DNA of 64,000 nt from Candidatus Versatilivorator sp. (GTDB lineage Bacteria; Acidobacteriota; Terriglobia; Versatilivoradales; Versatilivoraceae): assembly GCA_965207735.1 (NCBI GenBank), contig OZ242296.1, positions 4,672,001 to 4,736,000 on the forward strand. Direction: 5' to 3'. A program made the translations under genes and the position numbers. Positions 9,539 to 19,504 of this stretch are shown in pieces. The notes below the pieces were generated by a model that did not search any database, was not told where the DNA came from, and was given only the letters and a program-made list of their open reading frames with translations. Within the stretch, counting starts at the first letter, position 1. Every line of letters starts with the position of its first letter.

Positions 9539-9625
9539 CTTATCAGAACAGTCGTGAGAGGGCGAACGATCCGGCGTCCGGCAGGGTGTGCGCGCCGGTG
9601 GATCGGCCCCGACCCGGGAGGCCCC

Positions 9626-12019
9626 ATGGAAGGGACATTCCTTCGCGTACGCCGGTGGGGGCCAGGGCTGCTGTTATTGCTGGCGGCCGCCTTCTGCCTG
9701 AGCCCAGCGAATGCCTCGACCGTTCCCGCGGCCGAGGAGGCTGCAACCCGGGATCGGTCCCTTCGCTGCTCCATTGTCCTGGGCCCCGAAGCGCCCGACC
9801 TGGAAGTCTTCGCTGCCCATGAGTTGATCCGCTATCTGAGAGAGCTCTACGGCATCCGGTCGGAGCTGGTCCGGTCGCTGGAGGACGGCTCGGGACTCGG
9901 CATCCTCCTGGGGAATCCCCAAACCAATCCCGCTTTTCAATCCATCTCGGCTCATCACACCTGGCCGCGGGTGAGCGACCAGGGCATCGTCCTGAAGCGG
10001 GTGAGCGCCGGAGACAGGGATCTGCTCATCCTGGGGGGAGGCAGCCCGGCGGCGACCCTGTGGGCGGTCTACGAGCTGGTGGAACGCTCGGGCGTCCGTT
10101 TCCTGCTGGAGAAAGACGTCTTCCCCGAAGTTGCGGAGCCGTTCCCGCCCCGGCAACTGGACCTGGTGCGGGAGCCCCGCTTCCGGTTTCGTTCCTACCG
10201 CGCCATCAACAACCTGGCCACCTCTCTCATCTTTTACGGAATGAAGGACTACCGACACCTGATCGACCAGTTGGCCAAGATGAAGTTCAATGTCCTCTAC
10301 GCGCAGATCTATCCGCACCAGCCCTTCGTTCACTACCAGATGCGGGACCAGCCCAAGGTCACCGGGGTTCTGCACTATGGTTGGAAGGTCCCGATTCATG
10401 CGGAGACCATCGGCCGGGAGCTTTTCGACGGGCGAAGCCAGCTGGTGAACCCGGAACTGGCCGGCGCCACCACCTACCGGGAACGGGTGCGAGCCGCCCA
10501 GGGACTGCTGCACGAACTGTTTGCCTATGCCAAGCGCCGCGGCATGCAGACCGGTCTGAACTTCAGGATCAACCAGTTCACCAACGAGTTCAACTGGAAG
10601 CTGCCCCAGTGGTCGGAGCACAAGTACTTTCCCGAGGAGGCCATGAAGGGTGCGCGCAATGCCCGCCTGGGAATCTCGGAATACGCCGTGGACCCGCGGG
10701 CGTTTCCCTACATGACGCCCGACAACCCCGCCGTCATGGAGCTGAACAAGACCATCATCCGGGCTCACGTCAACACCTATCCGGAAGCGGACTTCTATGG
10801 ATTGACCCAGCCGGAGCTGCCGGGAGGCGGAGAGAAGTACCGGGAGATGTGGGAGCGACTGGACCGCAAGTACCGGCTGGAACCGGAGTTCAGCCTGGAT
10901 CGGATGCTGGAGTCGGCCAAGGCCAACACCCTGCCGGTGGGCGTGCGCAGGGGGGACCGGCCGGTGGAAGAGCTCAAGGGAGCCCTGGCCAACGCCGATA
11001 CGCTGGACAAGCTGCTCAACGAGGGCGGGATCCTGAAAGGGACGGCCAATCCCGAGGCCACGGTGGTGGTGAGCACCTTCAGCGACGAATTCTATCCGGT
11101 CATGCCCAGGATCTTCCCGGGTCGGGTCATGTTGATGGTGCCCATGGACTACCTGACCTCACTGGCTGCCGAGCGCACCGAAATGCTGGCCTTTGCCGAG
11201 CACAGTCCCATGAAGGTGGCGATTCTGGCCACACTGGCCGACGACAACATCGGCATCCTCCCCCAGTTGCCCACCCAGCCGCTCCATCGCATCTTCCAGG
11301 CCATGGAGCGCTATAACGTCGTCGGCTACTTCGGCCGGCAGTTCCTGGTCACCAAGCTGGAGGCGGGAACCGCCTACATGGCTCAGGCCTCCTGGTCCTC
11401 CGGGGTCACCCCCGAGTCGGTCTACCGGGATCAGGTAAGGCAGGTGTGCGGGGAAGGGGCAGTTGCCGACATGCTCGAAGCCTACCGCATCCTGGAAGAG
11501 GCCACTCTCATTGGAGACCGGGTGGCCATGGGATTCCTTTTCCCGGTCACCACCATGATGCGCAAGCACTGGAATTCCGATTCCGGGCCCAACCCGGGAT
11601 GGGACGAGTTGCGGGCTCACTACCTCAAGGCGGCGCCGCTGGTGGAGTCGGCGCTGCAAAAGAGTCGCCCCCAGGGGAAGAGCTACTTGCAGCAGCTATT
11701 GGGACAATTGAATTTCGGCACCGACTACATCGCCGCCGTGCAGGAAGTGCGCCGGGCCAGGCTGTCCTACCTGCTATCCAGGAAGGCGCTGGCCGACAAG
11801 GACGCCCCGGGCTACGAACGAGTCATGAACGAAACCAATGACCGGCTGGAGAAGGCCCTGGCCCTGCTGAAGTCGGCCATCCGGCACTGGGCCGGAGCGG
11901 TCAGGGACCCCTCCGACCTTGGGGCCCTGGGCGCCCTCAACAGCTTTTGCTACGACTATCTCAAGGGCGTGGCCCTGGACGTCTACCTGGAGTCGGGAAC
12001 CTGGAGCATTCGGTTTTAA
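9626..12019 (+). CDS. large secreted glycoside hydrolase-like protein (GH20/GH115-like N-terminal domain plus barrel)
   Basis: GGAGG RBS; hydrophobic signal; motifs FAAHELIRYL, GGSPAATLWAVYELVE, PRFRFR, IDQLAKMKFN. Confidence 0.6.
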   Translation: MEGTFLRVRRWGPGLLLLLAAAFCLSPANASTVPAAEEAATRDRSLRCSIVLGPEAPDLEVFAAHELIRYLRELYGIRSELVRSLEDGSGLGILLGNPQTNPAFQSISAHHTWPRVSDQGIVLKRVSAGDRDLLILGGGSPAATLWAVYELVERSGVRFLLEKDVFPEVAEPFPPRQLDLVREPRFRFRSYRAINNLATSLIFYGMKDYRHLIDQLAKMKFNVLYAQIYPHQPFVHYQMRDQPKVTGVLHYGWKVPIHAETIGRELFDGRSQLVNPELAGATTYRERVRAAQGLLHELFAYAKRRGMQTGLNFRINQFTNEFNWKLPQWSEHKYFPEEAMKGARNARLGISEYAVDPRAFPYMTPDNPAVMELNKTIIRAHVNTYPEADFYGLTQPELPGGGEKYREMWERLDRKYRLEPEFSLDRMLESAKANTLPVGVRRGDRPVEELKGALANADTLDKLLNEGGILKGTANPEATVVVSTFSDEFYPVMPRIFPGRVMLMVPMDYLTSLAAERTEMLAFAEHSPMKVAILATLADDNIGILPQLPTQPLHRIFQAMERYNVVGYFGRQFLVTKLEAGTAYMAQASWSSGVTPESVYRDQVRQVCGEGAVADMLEAYRILEEATLIGDRVAMGFLFPVTTMMRKHWNSDSGPNPGWDELRAHYLKAAPLVESALQKSRPQGKSYLQQLLGQLNFGTDYIAAVQEVRRARLSYLLSRKALADKDAPGYERVMNETNDRLEKALALLKSAIRHWAGAVRDPSDLGALGALNSFCYDYLKGVALDVYLESGTWSIRF

Positions 12020-12049
12020 CCTGAATCCAGACAAGGCAAGGAGGACCTC

Positions 12050-12940
12050 TTGCAGACCGTCAGAGTGGCCGCAATTCAAATGAATGGATACCTGGGGCAG
12101 GCCGAGCGAAATCTGGCGGAGGTGGAATGCTGGACCCGCAAGGCCGCCGAGCAGGGCGTGGAGATGGCTCTTTTCCCGGAGCTTGCCATCCACGGCCACT
12201 GGATGGCGGAGGAGTGCTGGTCGTCGGCCGAGCCGGTGCCGGGAGGCCCCAGCGTCCGGCGCCTGGAGCAGATCGCCCGCGAGTTCCGCATGGTGCTGGC
12301 GGTGGGCATGTCGGAGAAGGAGAGGGATCTGGTCTACAACTGCCAGGTCCTGGTCGGCCCCGACGGCTATCTGGGCAAATCCCGCAAGGTGCACATGTCC
12401 GAGGACGAGGGTCTGATGTACGTGGGGGGCGGCGCACTGCCCGTGCACGACGTGGGGAAATGCAAGGTGGGCGTCATCGTCTGTTACGACGCCATGTACC
12501 CCGAGGTTGCCCGCGTCCTGACCCTCAAGGGGGCTGAAGTTTTCCTGATGGCAAGCGCCGGCCGCAGCGGTCCCTGGACCAAGGAAACCGAGGAGGCGGT
12601 GGCGCGCCGGACCAAGGAACAGCTCAGTCTCTATCGCTTCCGCGCCATCGAAAATGGAGTCTTCGCCGTGATCACCAACCAGGCCGGTGCGGCAGGCACG
12701 GTGGAGTTCTATCGTCCCGAATATCGCCGCCAGCCCTACCACGCCGGTGGATCGCTGATCTTTGCTCCGGACGGCAAACTGCTGGCGGAGTCCCGGACCC
12801 GGAAGATCGAAGCCGACATGGCCGTGGCCGACCTGACGGCCGAATCCTTTGCCAAAGCCCGCGCCAATACCAACTTTACCCTGCGCAAGCGCCGCCCCGA
12901 TCTCTACCAGGAACTGCTGAGACCGATCACCAGGGATTGA
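12050..12940 (+). CDS. carbon-nitrogen hydrolase (nitrilase/amidase family)
   Basis: Catalytic E-K-C motifs FPEL, RKVH, CYD; TTG start preceded by AAGGAGG. Confidence 0.88.
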   Translation: MQTVRVAAIQMNGYLGQAERNLAEVECWTRKAAEQGVEMALFPELAIHGHWMAEECWSSAEPVPGGPSVRRLEQIAREFRMVLAVGMSEKERDLVYNCQVLVGPDGYLGKSRKVHMSEDEGLMYVGGGALPVHDVGKCKVGVIVCYDAMYPEVARVLTLKGAEVFLMASAGRSGPWTKETEEAVARRTKEQLSLYRFRAIENGVFAVITNQAGAAGTVEFYRPEYRRQPYHAGGSLIFAPDGKLLAESRTRKIEADMAVADLTAESFAKARANTNFTLRKRRPDLYQELLRPITRD

Positions 12941-13089
12941 GGGGTGGATGATGGCGCTTCCGGGAGCGAACCGGAATCCCGGGAGAGTCCCCCAATAACA
13001 GACGCTGAAGGGGGGGGCTTTCATCGACTGAAGGGAAGAGAGCCGGGAATGCGGTGTTTCACCGATCCGGACGACCGCGGGGGGCTCGG

Positions 13090-13488
13090 TCAGTTCAGGG
13101 TGTCCACAAGCCCCGCGTCCACGATTCTTCGGTCCTGAGTCAACAGGGTCGCCCCCAGAACCCGGGCGGTGGCCACGATTATCCGGTCTGCCGGGTCACG
13201 GTGGAAGGAGTCCGGAAGTGCGGCCACCTCCGTCGCAATTGCCGGAGTGATGCTCTGGGTCTTGACCAGCGGAGGCGCTACTGCCTTACTCAGCCACTCT
13301 CTCAGCGGCATCGCCAGCCTGATTCTGTCCAGGTTGTGCAACATGGCCACTTCCCAGAGCGAAATGTCCGACACCAGCAAGGGCGATTTTTCGCCAGCCA
13401 GCCCGAGGGCCTCCCGTTGGCCGGCCGAGAGTCGGCCTGAATGGTTGAGCCACCAGAGCAGCACGTGGGTGTCGAGCAGTAACCTCAT
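13090..13488 (-). CDS. vapC: type II toxin, VapC/PIN domain
   Basis: LLLDTHVLLWW, SDISLWEV, HRDPADRIIVATA, LLTQD. Confidence 0.92.
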   Translation of the reverse strand: MRLLLDTHVLLWWLNHSGRLSAGQREALGLAGEKSPLLVSDISLWEVAMLHNLDRIRLAMPLREWLSKAVAPPLVKTQSITPAIATEVAALPDSFHRDPADRIIVATARVLGATLLTQDRRIVDAGLVDTLN

Positions 13489-13724
13489 GGCCGCAGGCTT
13501 TCCCAATCCTCATCAGGAAACACCGGACCGACGACGTCGCCGACCTCGCGGACCGTTCCGGCCAGTTCCAACTGAGGGTACTTGGAAGGACTTCCGCTTG
13601 CGGGAAAGAGCTCGGCAACAGGCCGCCCACGCTTCAGGATGACCACGGGCTCGCCGGTCGCCTGAACGCGGTCGAGGATCGCCAGGCAGCGGGCTTTGAA
13701 ATCGGATGCATTGATGGTTTCCAT
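13485..13724 (-). CDS. Phd/YefM family antitoxin
   Basis: INASDFKARCLAILDRV...VVILKRGRPVAEL; ATGA overlap with the toxin. Confidence 0.92.
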   Translation of the reverse strand: METINASDFKARCLAILDRVQATGEPVVILKRGRPVAELFPASGSPSKYPQLELAGTVREVGDVVGPVFPDEDWESLRP

Positions 13725-13759
13725 GTGACTAGATTATGTGACTAGTCACTAACAGTCAA
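13725..13759 (-). promoter_or_regulatory. sigma70 promoter with palindromic operator for the TA pair (leaderless)
   Basis: On the minus strand TTGACT-N17-TAATCT-N6-ATG; palindrome GTGACTAGTCAC at 13738-13749 plus a half site at 13725-13732. Confidence 0.75.
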
Positions 13760-14028
13760 TAGAACTCTGTTACTTTGGTTCCGTCCTTCGATTCGCTTCG
13801 GGAAGTTGTCCCCATCCGTGTCGAGATCTTGGGGGGTTGCGGCTTGGCGATGAGCCCTCAGGGTGAACGATGAAACTCCATCTGTAAGATTTCCTCGTGA
13901 GCGCCGGCAATACGCCATTGGCTCAAGGGGGTGGAAACCCCGATCCGGCGGGGATGGAGGATGGCCGGAATCGCACTCCCGGCGCGGTGTTTCGCGGATT
14001 TCACGAGGTCCGCCAACGCAACTCTTCA

Positions 14029-14060
14029 AGCCTCTCTCCGGGGGGCTTTTTTTTCTTTCA
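14029..14060 (+). terminator. possible intrinsic terminator
   Basis: Imperfect stem GCCTCTCTCCGGGGGGC followed by a T tract. Confidence 0.4.
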
Positions 14061-14237
14061 TTTTTTTCTATTCAAATCGATGAAGCCTTGATATATATCT
14101 CCCACTCACGCTGCGCAACATTTACTTGAAGCCCCTTGATGGCAGCTGGTTTCCATTGCTGATGGGGGGCTTGTCTTCATTGCGGGAAGTCGGTGGTGTG
14201 CGGCAACATACACTTGTGAATACAAGGGGAGAAGAAA

Positions 14238-14564
14238 ATGCTAACTAGGATTCTCGTTGCTATAGTGACAGTCGTGGCGATTGTGAAAGCCTTTGCCCCC
14301 AACTTGGAGGATCAAGGTGCTCTTGGGATCATTCTGGTCCTTGCGGGCTTGGTTTATGGCGCCACGGCCGTTAACGCCGAGGATGCCACCGACTACCTGG
14401 TGGTTGCCGTCGCGGCCTCGGTTGCAGCAGGAGCCGACGTGCTGGGTGCCATCCCCGGGATCGGCGGTTATCTGGACGCCATCATCGATCAGATCAGCAT
14501 GGCACTGATCGCCTCAGTCGCCACCGTTCTGGCAGTAAGGACGATCAACCGCATCAAGGGCTGA
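14238..14564 (+). CDS. small multi-pass membrane hypothetical protein
   Basis: AAGGGGAG RBS; about four hydrophobic segments. Confidence 0.75.
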   Translation: MLTRILVAIVTVVAIVKAFAPNLEDQGALGIILVLAGLVYGATAVNAEDATDYLVVAVAASVAAGADVLGAIPGIGGYLDAIIDQISMALIASVATVLAVRTINRIKG

Positions 14565-14799
14565 CCCTCATACTCAAAGGAAGCCACCCGCCGGACCAGC
14601 GTTCCTTGACCGCTGGTCCGGCTGTATTTTTTCCGGCAAGGACGCAGGGCAGTGCGGGGTCGTACCCGAACGGCATACACGCACGGACCCGGCTAGGGTT
14701 GGGATTCCGAACCCCGACTTGCCCGCGGCCCACGACGGAAATCCTCCTTGACGATACTTCCGTTCGCCCGCGTTCACCGGAGCTGGTCTGTTCTGTCTT

Positions 14800-15180
14800 T
14801 CAGTACGGAAACCTGCGCCCGGGAAAGAGCGTCAGGACGGCCATCCACAAGCCGACCAGTATCAGGCCGACCATCTCCCGAATTTCCTCCACCTCCAGGC
14901 TCGCCATCTCGAAGGTGGCCAGCAGCTCCCAGGCCGGCAACGCGCCGGACACCCGTGCAGCCAGCATCCCGGCCCAGCCCAGGGACCCCAGGGCCAATAC
15001 CAGGGGAATGATTCGAGGCAGTCGTCCCTTGGTGGCCAGCCAGCAGCTCAGGGCGGCCAGACCGTAGAGTCCGGCCCAGCGCCAGGGGTCGGGATCGTTG
15101 TACTGGACGGCCAGGCAGAAAAGGTACAGCAATGCCATGACCAGGTTCGGCCAGCGCATAGTCTTGACGAATGGCCTCAT
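14800..15180 (-). CDS. transmembrane 220 family protein
   Basis: AVQYNDPDPWRW motif and EEIREMVGL. Confidence 0.8.
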   Translation of the reverse strand: MRPFVKTMRWPNLVMALLYLFCLAVQYNDPDPWRWAGLYGLAALSCWLATKGRLPRIIPLVLALGSLGWAGMLAARVSGALPAWELLATFEMASLEVEEIREMVGLILVGLWMAVLTLFPGRRFPY

Positions 15181-15211
15181 GGTCGGTTTCGGGGAAGGAC
15201 CGGCCGCGCCT

Positions 15212-17500
15212 TCAGGGCTGGTTTGAGGCGACTTCAGCTTCAGCCGGCAGGCTGGAGATCCACTTCCGGATCAGCTCCACGGCCTCCCGGTCAACCACGT
15301 TGGAGGCAATGTGCGGCATGCGGCCCAGGCCCAGCTTGGTCATGCGGTGGAGGATCAGGGACCGCTCAGGGTTTCCCGGAGCCAGCAAGCGGCCGTCTGC
15401 GATGCCGAAATCTCCGTGGCCGGGCGTCACGCCCAACGTCTTGGTCTCTTTCAAGGAGATCGTTGCGTGCAGTAGAAAGTCGGCGTTGCCGCCTCCCCAT
15501 TTCTGGTGGCAGTGGGCGCAGTTGGAGTGCAGGTAGGCCCGGGCCCGCTCGTCCAGAGAACGGCTCGGGTCAAGGTGATTGTAGATTCTGGGAAGCTCCG
15601 CCGGCGACTTGGGCAACGGCTCGGTGAACACCCCCAACCGGTGCAGCACCTCCAGCTGGTTGGCCGTGGTCCATCCGTAGTCGTGCTCCTTGTTCAACTG
15701 CAGGGTGTTCAAGCCCAGGACGTACTTGGCGGGCACGGTGTGGCAGAGCGTGCATTCGGCACGGCTGGGGAATCGCCAGACCTGCTCGCGCTTTCCACCA
15801 GGGGCTTCCGGGTCGGCAATGGTGTAGGTTCGATTCAGGCCCCGCGTCTCGACCAGAGTGGCGTCGGTCTGGTCCTCGTTCCAGACGTAGGAGTATCCCT
15901 TCCAGTACTGGTCTCCCACCTCCTCGGTTCCCCCCAGGGCCTCCTGGTGGAGCAGGCGGGTCTCCACCCGGTGGAGGCTGTCCGGATTTCCCGTCTCCAG
16001 TTCCAGCGAGAAGGTCTTGACGATCACGGTGCCGTCGGGGAAGCGCCAGCCAAAAGGGGCGCCGGGCGCGGGTTGCGGGTACTCCACCGTATCGAATTCC
16101 ACCTGGGAGTTTCCGGGGATGGCGATCCAGCGCTCCTTGACGGCGGCGTCGGACCAGAGCTCCGAGTTCACCGAGTAGGGAATCAGGCCGGGGGCGGGCT
16201 TGTGCTCCCGCACCGAGGAGAAGAGCCCCGTCTGACTGAGACGAAGGGGAAACTGATTGGGTTGGTGCACGACTTGAGAGCGGACCAGTCGGTGGATCTG
16301 GCCGCCGATGAAGTCCATCACATAGAGTTCGCCCTGGTGGCTCTGTCCGAAATCGATGATGCGGAAGGAGGTGTCGACCAGCTCCCGGTGGTCGCTGACC
16401 TGGTCCCCGTCGTGGCGGAACCCCCAGATACGTCCTGTGTCGTAGTCTCCGTAGACGTAGGTGCCGGCGATTTCCGGCAGCCGCTTGCCGCGGTAGACGA
16501 ACCCTCCGGTAATGGAGCGGAAATCGGAGTGGCCGTGCTCGACAACGGGCTTCAGAATGGGCGACGGCCCCAGGCGGCGCTCGGGCCGGAAGGGGTGGCT
16601 GCCTTCCTGGACGCTCCAGCCGTAGTTGCCTCCCCGCTGGATGAGATAGATCATTTCCCACAGGTCCTGACCCACTTCTCCGGCCCAGAGATTTCCGGTC
16701 TGGCGGTCGAAGTTCATCTTCCAGATCTGACGCAGTCCGTAAGCCCAGATCTCCGGACGGGCGCCCTGCCGCCCCATGAAGGGGTTGTCCTTGGGAATCC
16801 CATATTTCCTGCCGGGATCGGGACGATCGACGTCGATCCTCAAGATGGAGGCCAGCAGGTCGGAGACATCCTGTCCGGTGTCGAGTTCGTCGGCGATGCC
16901 GCTGCCGTCGCCCGTGGCGATATAGAGATAGCCGTCGGGCCCGAACCTGAGACACCCCCCGTTGTGTCCGCCGGAAGGCCATTCAAAGATGATGGTTTCC
17001 GAGGCGGGATCGGCTTGGTAGCGGTTGTCGGGCCGAACCTGGAAGCGTGAAATCCGGGTGCCCTTGGGGAGGGTCTTGAGGGGGTCCAGCACGTAAGTGA
17101 CGTAGAAGTAGCCGTTGTCCTGGAACCGGGGGTGGAACGCCAACCCGTAGGTGGTCTTCTCGAGATCGATCAGTAGCTCCGCCTTGGTGGTTTCCCGATT
17201 CACTTCAAAAGAAAAAATCTTACCGAATCGTTCCGCCACGAACAGGCGATCGCTGCCGGGAGCGATGGTCAACTCCAGCGGCTGCTCGAACCTCAGGTGG
17301 GGGAAGGCCACCTCGGTGCGGAAGGGGTTGGGGGGATCGGGAGATCCCTTGACGCGAGAGGTGGTCCACAGGGTTCGTTTGAGACTGGCAAAGGAGTCTC
17401 GAAACCCGTTCTCCTTGTTGGACCCATCCTCTGCGACAGCCAGGGTGGCGCCACCGACCGCCGCCCAAAGCATTCCGGCAAGCACGACTGTTCCACGCAT
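15212..17500 (-). CDS. PQQ-dependent glucose/sorbosone dehydrogenase fused to a di-heme cytochrome c domain
   Basis: HNGGCLRFGPDGYLYIATGDG, EIWAYGLR, GGNYGW; CxxCH twice (CTLCH, CAHCH); signal peptide. Confidence 0.85.
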   Translation of the reverse strand: MRGTVVLAGMLWAAVGGATLAVAEDGSNKENGFRDSFASLKRTLWTTSRVKGSPDPPNPFRTEVAFPHLRFEQPLELTIAPGSDRLFVAERFGKIFSFEVNRETTKAELLIDLEKTTYGLAFHPRFQDNGYFYVTYVLDPLKTLPKGTRISRFQVRPDNRYQADPASETIIFEWPSGGHNGGCLRFGPDGYLYIATGDGSGIADELDTGQDVSDLLASILRIDVDRPDPGRKYGIPKDNPFMGRQGARPEIWAYGLRQIWKMNFDRQTGNLWAGEVGQDLWEMIYLIQRGGNYGWSVQEGSHPFRPERRLGPSPILKPVVEHGHSDFRSITGGFVYRGKRLPEIAGTYVYGDYDTGRIWGFRHDGDQVSDHRELVDTSFRIIDFGQSHQGELYVMDFIGGQIHRLVRSQVVHQPNQFPLRLSQTGLFSSVREHKPAPGLIPYSVNSELWSDAAVKERWIAIPGNSQVEFDTVEYPQPAPGAPFGWRFPDGTVIVKTFSLELETGNPDSLHRVETRLLHQEALGGTEEVGDQYWKGYSYVWNEDQTDATLVETRGLNRTYTIADPEAPGGKREQVWRFPSRAECTLCHTVPAKYVLGLNTLQLNKEHDYGWTTANQLEVLHRLGVFTEPLPKSPAELPRIYNHLDPSRSLDERARAYLHSNCAHCHQKWGGGNADFLLHATISLKETKTLGVTPGHGDFGIADGRLLAPGNPERSLILHRMTKLGLGRMPHIASNVVDREAVELIRKWISSLPAEAEVASNQP

Positions 17501-17721
17501 GAGACCCTCGATTTCCAAATTCAGGTTCGACCGCTTCTTCTCCGAATCCAATCCAGCCAACGGTAAGATTCTAACCTCCCTACCCGGTCGGGGCAAGGAA
17601 GCCGCGGTGGGGAACCGGCCATCGTACGCTGAACCCCCCAACCGCAGAGGCAACCCCTGTGGTTGCCGGTTGTTCCCGTTCGCCCGGTCATCCCCGCGTT
17701 GGGCGCCCACAAGCGGCGCTC

Positions 17722-18849
17722 CTACTCGGCAAATCCCAGGTCGAAGCGCGAGAAGGTCAGGAAGGCGTAACCGCCCCGCTCCCAGATGACTCCGATGCTC
17801 CGGTCAGCCAGCAGGGTGAGGTCGGAATAGGCCGCCTTCTCTTCGGAAACGATCCGTTCGTTGGTGAAGGTCTCTCCTTCGTCATAGCTGAGGCGCACAA
17901 CCAGGGTCTGCCGCCCGGGGCCCTTGGGCCCGGTCCAGAGGATCCGGTCTCGGTCGTCACCGGCCGACGCCAGCGAGTAACGCTCGATGGCGGAGGCGAT
18001 GGGCGGCACCACCTGCCCGGTCCTGGGGGGAGACCAGGTTTCGCCGCCGTCGCTGCTGAGGAAGATCCACCGGGTCGAACCCTCGTCCTGGCGGGCGTCC
18101 ATCAGGAGGCTGCCGTCTGCCAACTCGACCAGTTGGTTCTCGCTGCTGGCAGAGGAGGCCAACTGGCCCCGAGTCCAGGTCTCACCGTGGTCGTCGCTGT
18201 AGATGGTGAACGCCGTCCAGGTGGTGGGAGTGGACCTTTCGTCACCGTCGCCCATTCCGGTTGTCTGGGAGACCGGAACGATCAGGCGCCCCTCGGAGTT
18301 CTGAACGGCGCCCCCCGGACCGAAGAAAGCGCTTCCCCAGTGCTCGATGTCACGGGCGATTGCGGTGAGGTCCATGGGCTCCGACCAGGTGAGACCGTTG
18401 TCCTGGCTGTAGCGTGCCCAGGCCTGAGAGTCGTCGGTCCCGACCCTGGCGCTCGAACTGCTGCGGTCCGGCTTGGTGCGGTTGTGGAACAGCCACACCC
18501 GCTTGGTGGCTCGATCCAGCAGGGTGACCGGGTTGCAGGAGGCCCAGCGCTCCCCGGGGTTGTCCAGCACCCTCATCTCCGACCAGGTCTTGCCCCCGTC
18601 CGTGCTGCGTTTGTAGACCAGGTCGATGTCGTTGCCGTGCGTTCCGGGATCGTGGCTGTTGTACTTGCGAGCCTCGGTAAACACCAGCAGCGACCCGTCC
18701 GGGGCGGTTTCCACGGCTGGGATGCGGTAGGTGTGATAGCCGTCCTGCCCCGAGGTGAAAACATCCACCTGGGTGATCTCCTGCTTGGCCGCGCATCCCT
18801 GCAGGAGGGGCCAGAGAGACAGCAGTATCAATGCCCGGTAACCGTTCAT
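17722..18849 (-). CDS. sialidase family (GH33-like) lipoprotein
   Basis: YRIP motif; Asp boxes STDGGKTW, SQDNGLTW, SDDHGETW, SSDGGETW; AYSDL; LQGC lipobox. Confidence 0.88.
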   Translation of the reverse strand: MNGYRALILLSLWPLLQGCAAKQEITQVDVFTSGQDGYHTYRIPAVETAPDGSLLVFTEARKYNSHDPGTHGNDIDLVYKRSTDGGKTWSEMRVLDNPGERWASCNPVTLLDRATKRVWLFHNRTKPDRSSSSARVGTDDSQAWARYSQDNGLTWSEPMDLTAIARDIEHWGSAFFGPGGAVQNSEGRLIVPVSQTTGMGDGDERSTPTTWTAFTIYSDDHGETWTRGQLASSASSENQLVELADGSLLMDARQDEGSTRWIFLSSDGGETWSPPRTGQVVPPIASAIERYSLASAGDDRDRILWTGPKGPGRQTLVVRLSYDEGETFTNERIVSEEKAAYSDLTLLADRSIGVIWERGGYAFLTFSRFDLGFAE

Positions 18850-18975
18850 GTCGACCTTCCCTTTTTTTGCCTGCCGTTTCGTCGGCCGGCCATCGATGGC
18901 GAGCCGATCCAGTCCTGATGGATTGATTTCCGGCAAGGATACAACGTTTTGGCCGGACTGGCGAAGGTCTGTAGG

Positions 18976-19130
18976 CTTGTCTTGAACAATTGAGCGTTAT
19001 CCACAAAGCCAAAAAGAGTTATCCACGAAGGGCCACGAAGGACGACGAAGGGCCACTAAGGCGTTGAGGTTAACCGCGACGGGGTACCAAGGTCGCGAAA
19101 GGATGGTCGATTTCCGATGGTTTCACTCTT
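18976..19130 (-). mobile_element. IS110-end element E4, truncated
   Basis: CTTGTCTTGAACAAT start; body closely matches E2; stops at GTTTCACTCTT where an IS-like inverted repeat begins. Confidence 0.75.
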
Positions 19131-19504
19131 GAGCCTCTTGCAAGATTCAGCAGCGGGACCTTTGCCGGGAATGGCCACAAAAGGCACAAAAACACAAAGA
19201 AAGCAGAACACTGAAAGCCAGCAAGGGGTCGACTCCCGAACCTGTCTGCTGTTTATCCTGTGCATCCATGTTCAATAATCCGGAATTTCGTGCTTCCTCT
19301 TCATTTCCAAGACAAAAACGGCTGGCTGTTTATCCTGTCTATCCTGTGCATCGATGTTCAACTTATAGTCCTTCTCGATTCGTGGTTCGTTTTCATGAAC
19401 GGCCAGCCGTCAAACCTCGCGGCTGGCATATAATTGAATCCTGTAAACAGCTACCTCCCGGGAAAGGCAGGGACCAGAACTCTGCCCGCAGGAAAGGAAA
19501 CTCC

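Noticed and set aside
8654-9540. Possible CRISPR array
   Set aside because: Units are about 170 bp or larger with homologous interiors; there is no repeat-spacer periodicity and no cas gene.
8377-9557. Short ORFs across IS ends and repeat elements (also about 19056-19265, 49653-49959, 54765-55153)
   Set aside because: Translations of non-coding repeats.
13848-13880. Hammerhead-like CGATGA-stem-GAAC
   Set aside because: Lacks the CTGATGA and GAAA cores and the closing stems; more likely a REP-like hairpin.
18997-19030. DnaA box TTATCCACA suggesting a replication origin
   Set aside because: One perfect box and one near match inside a dispersed repeat, with no dnaA/dnaN context or box cluster.
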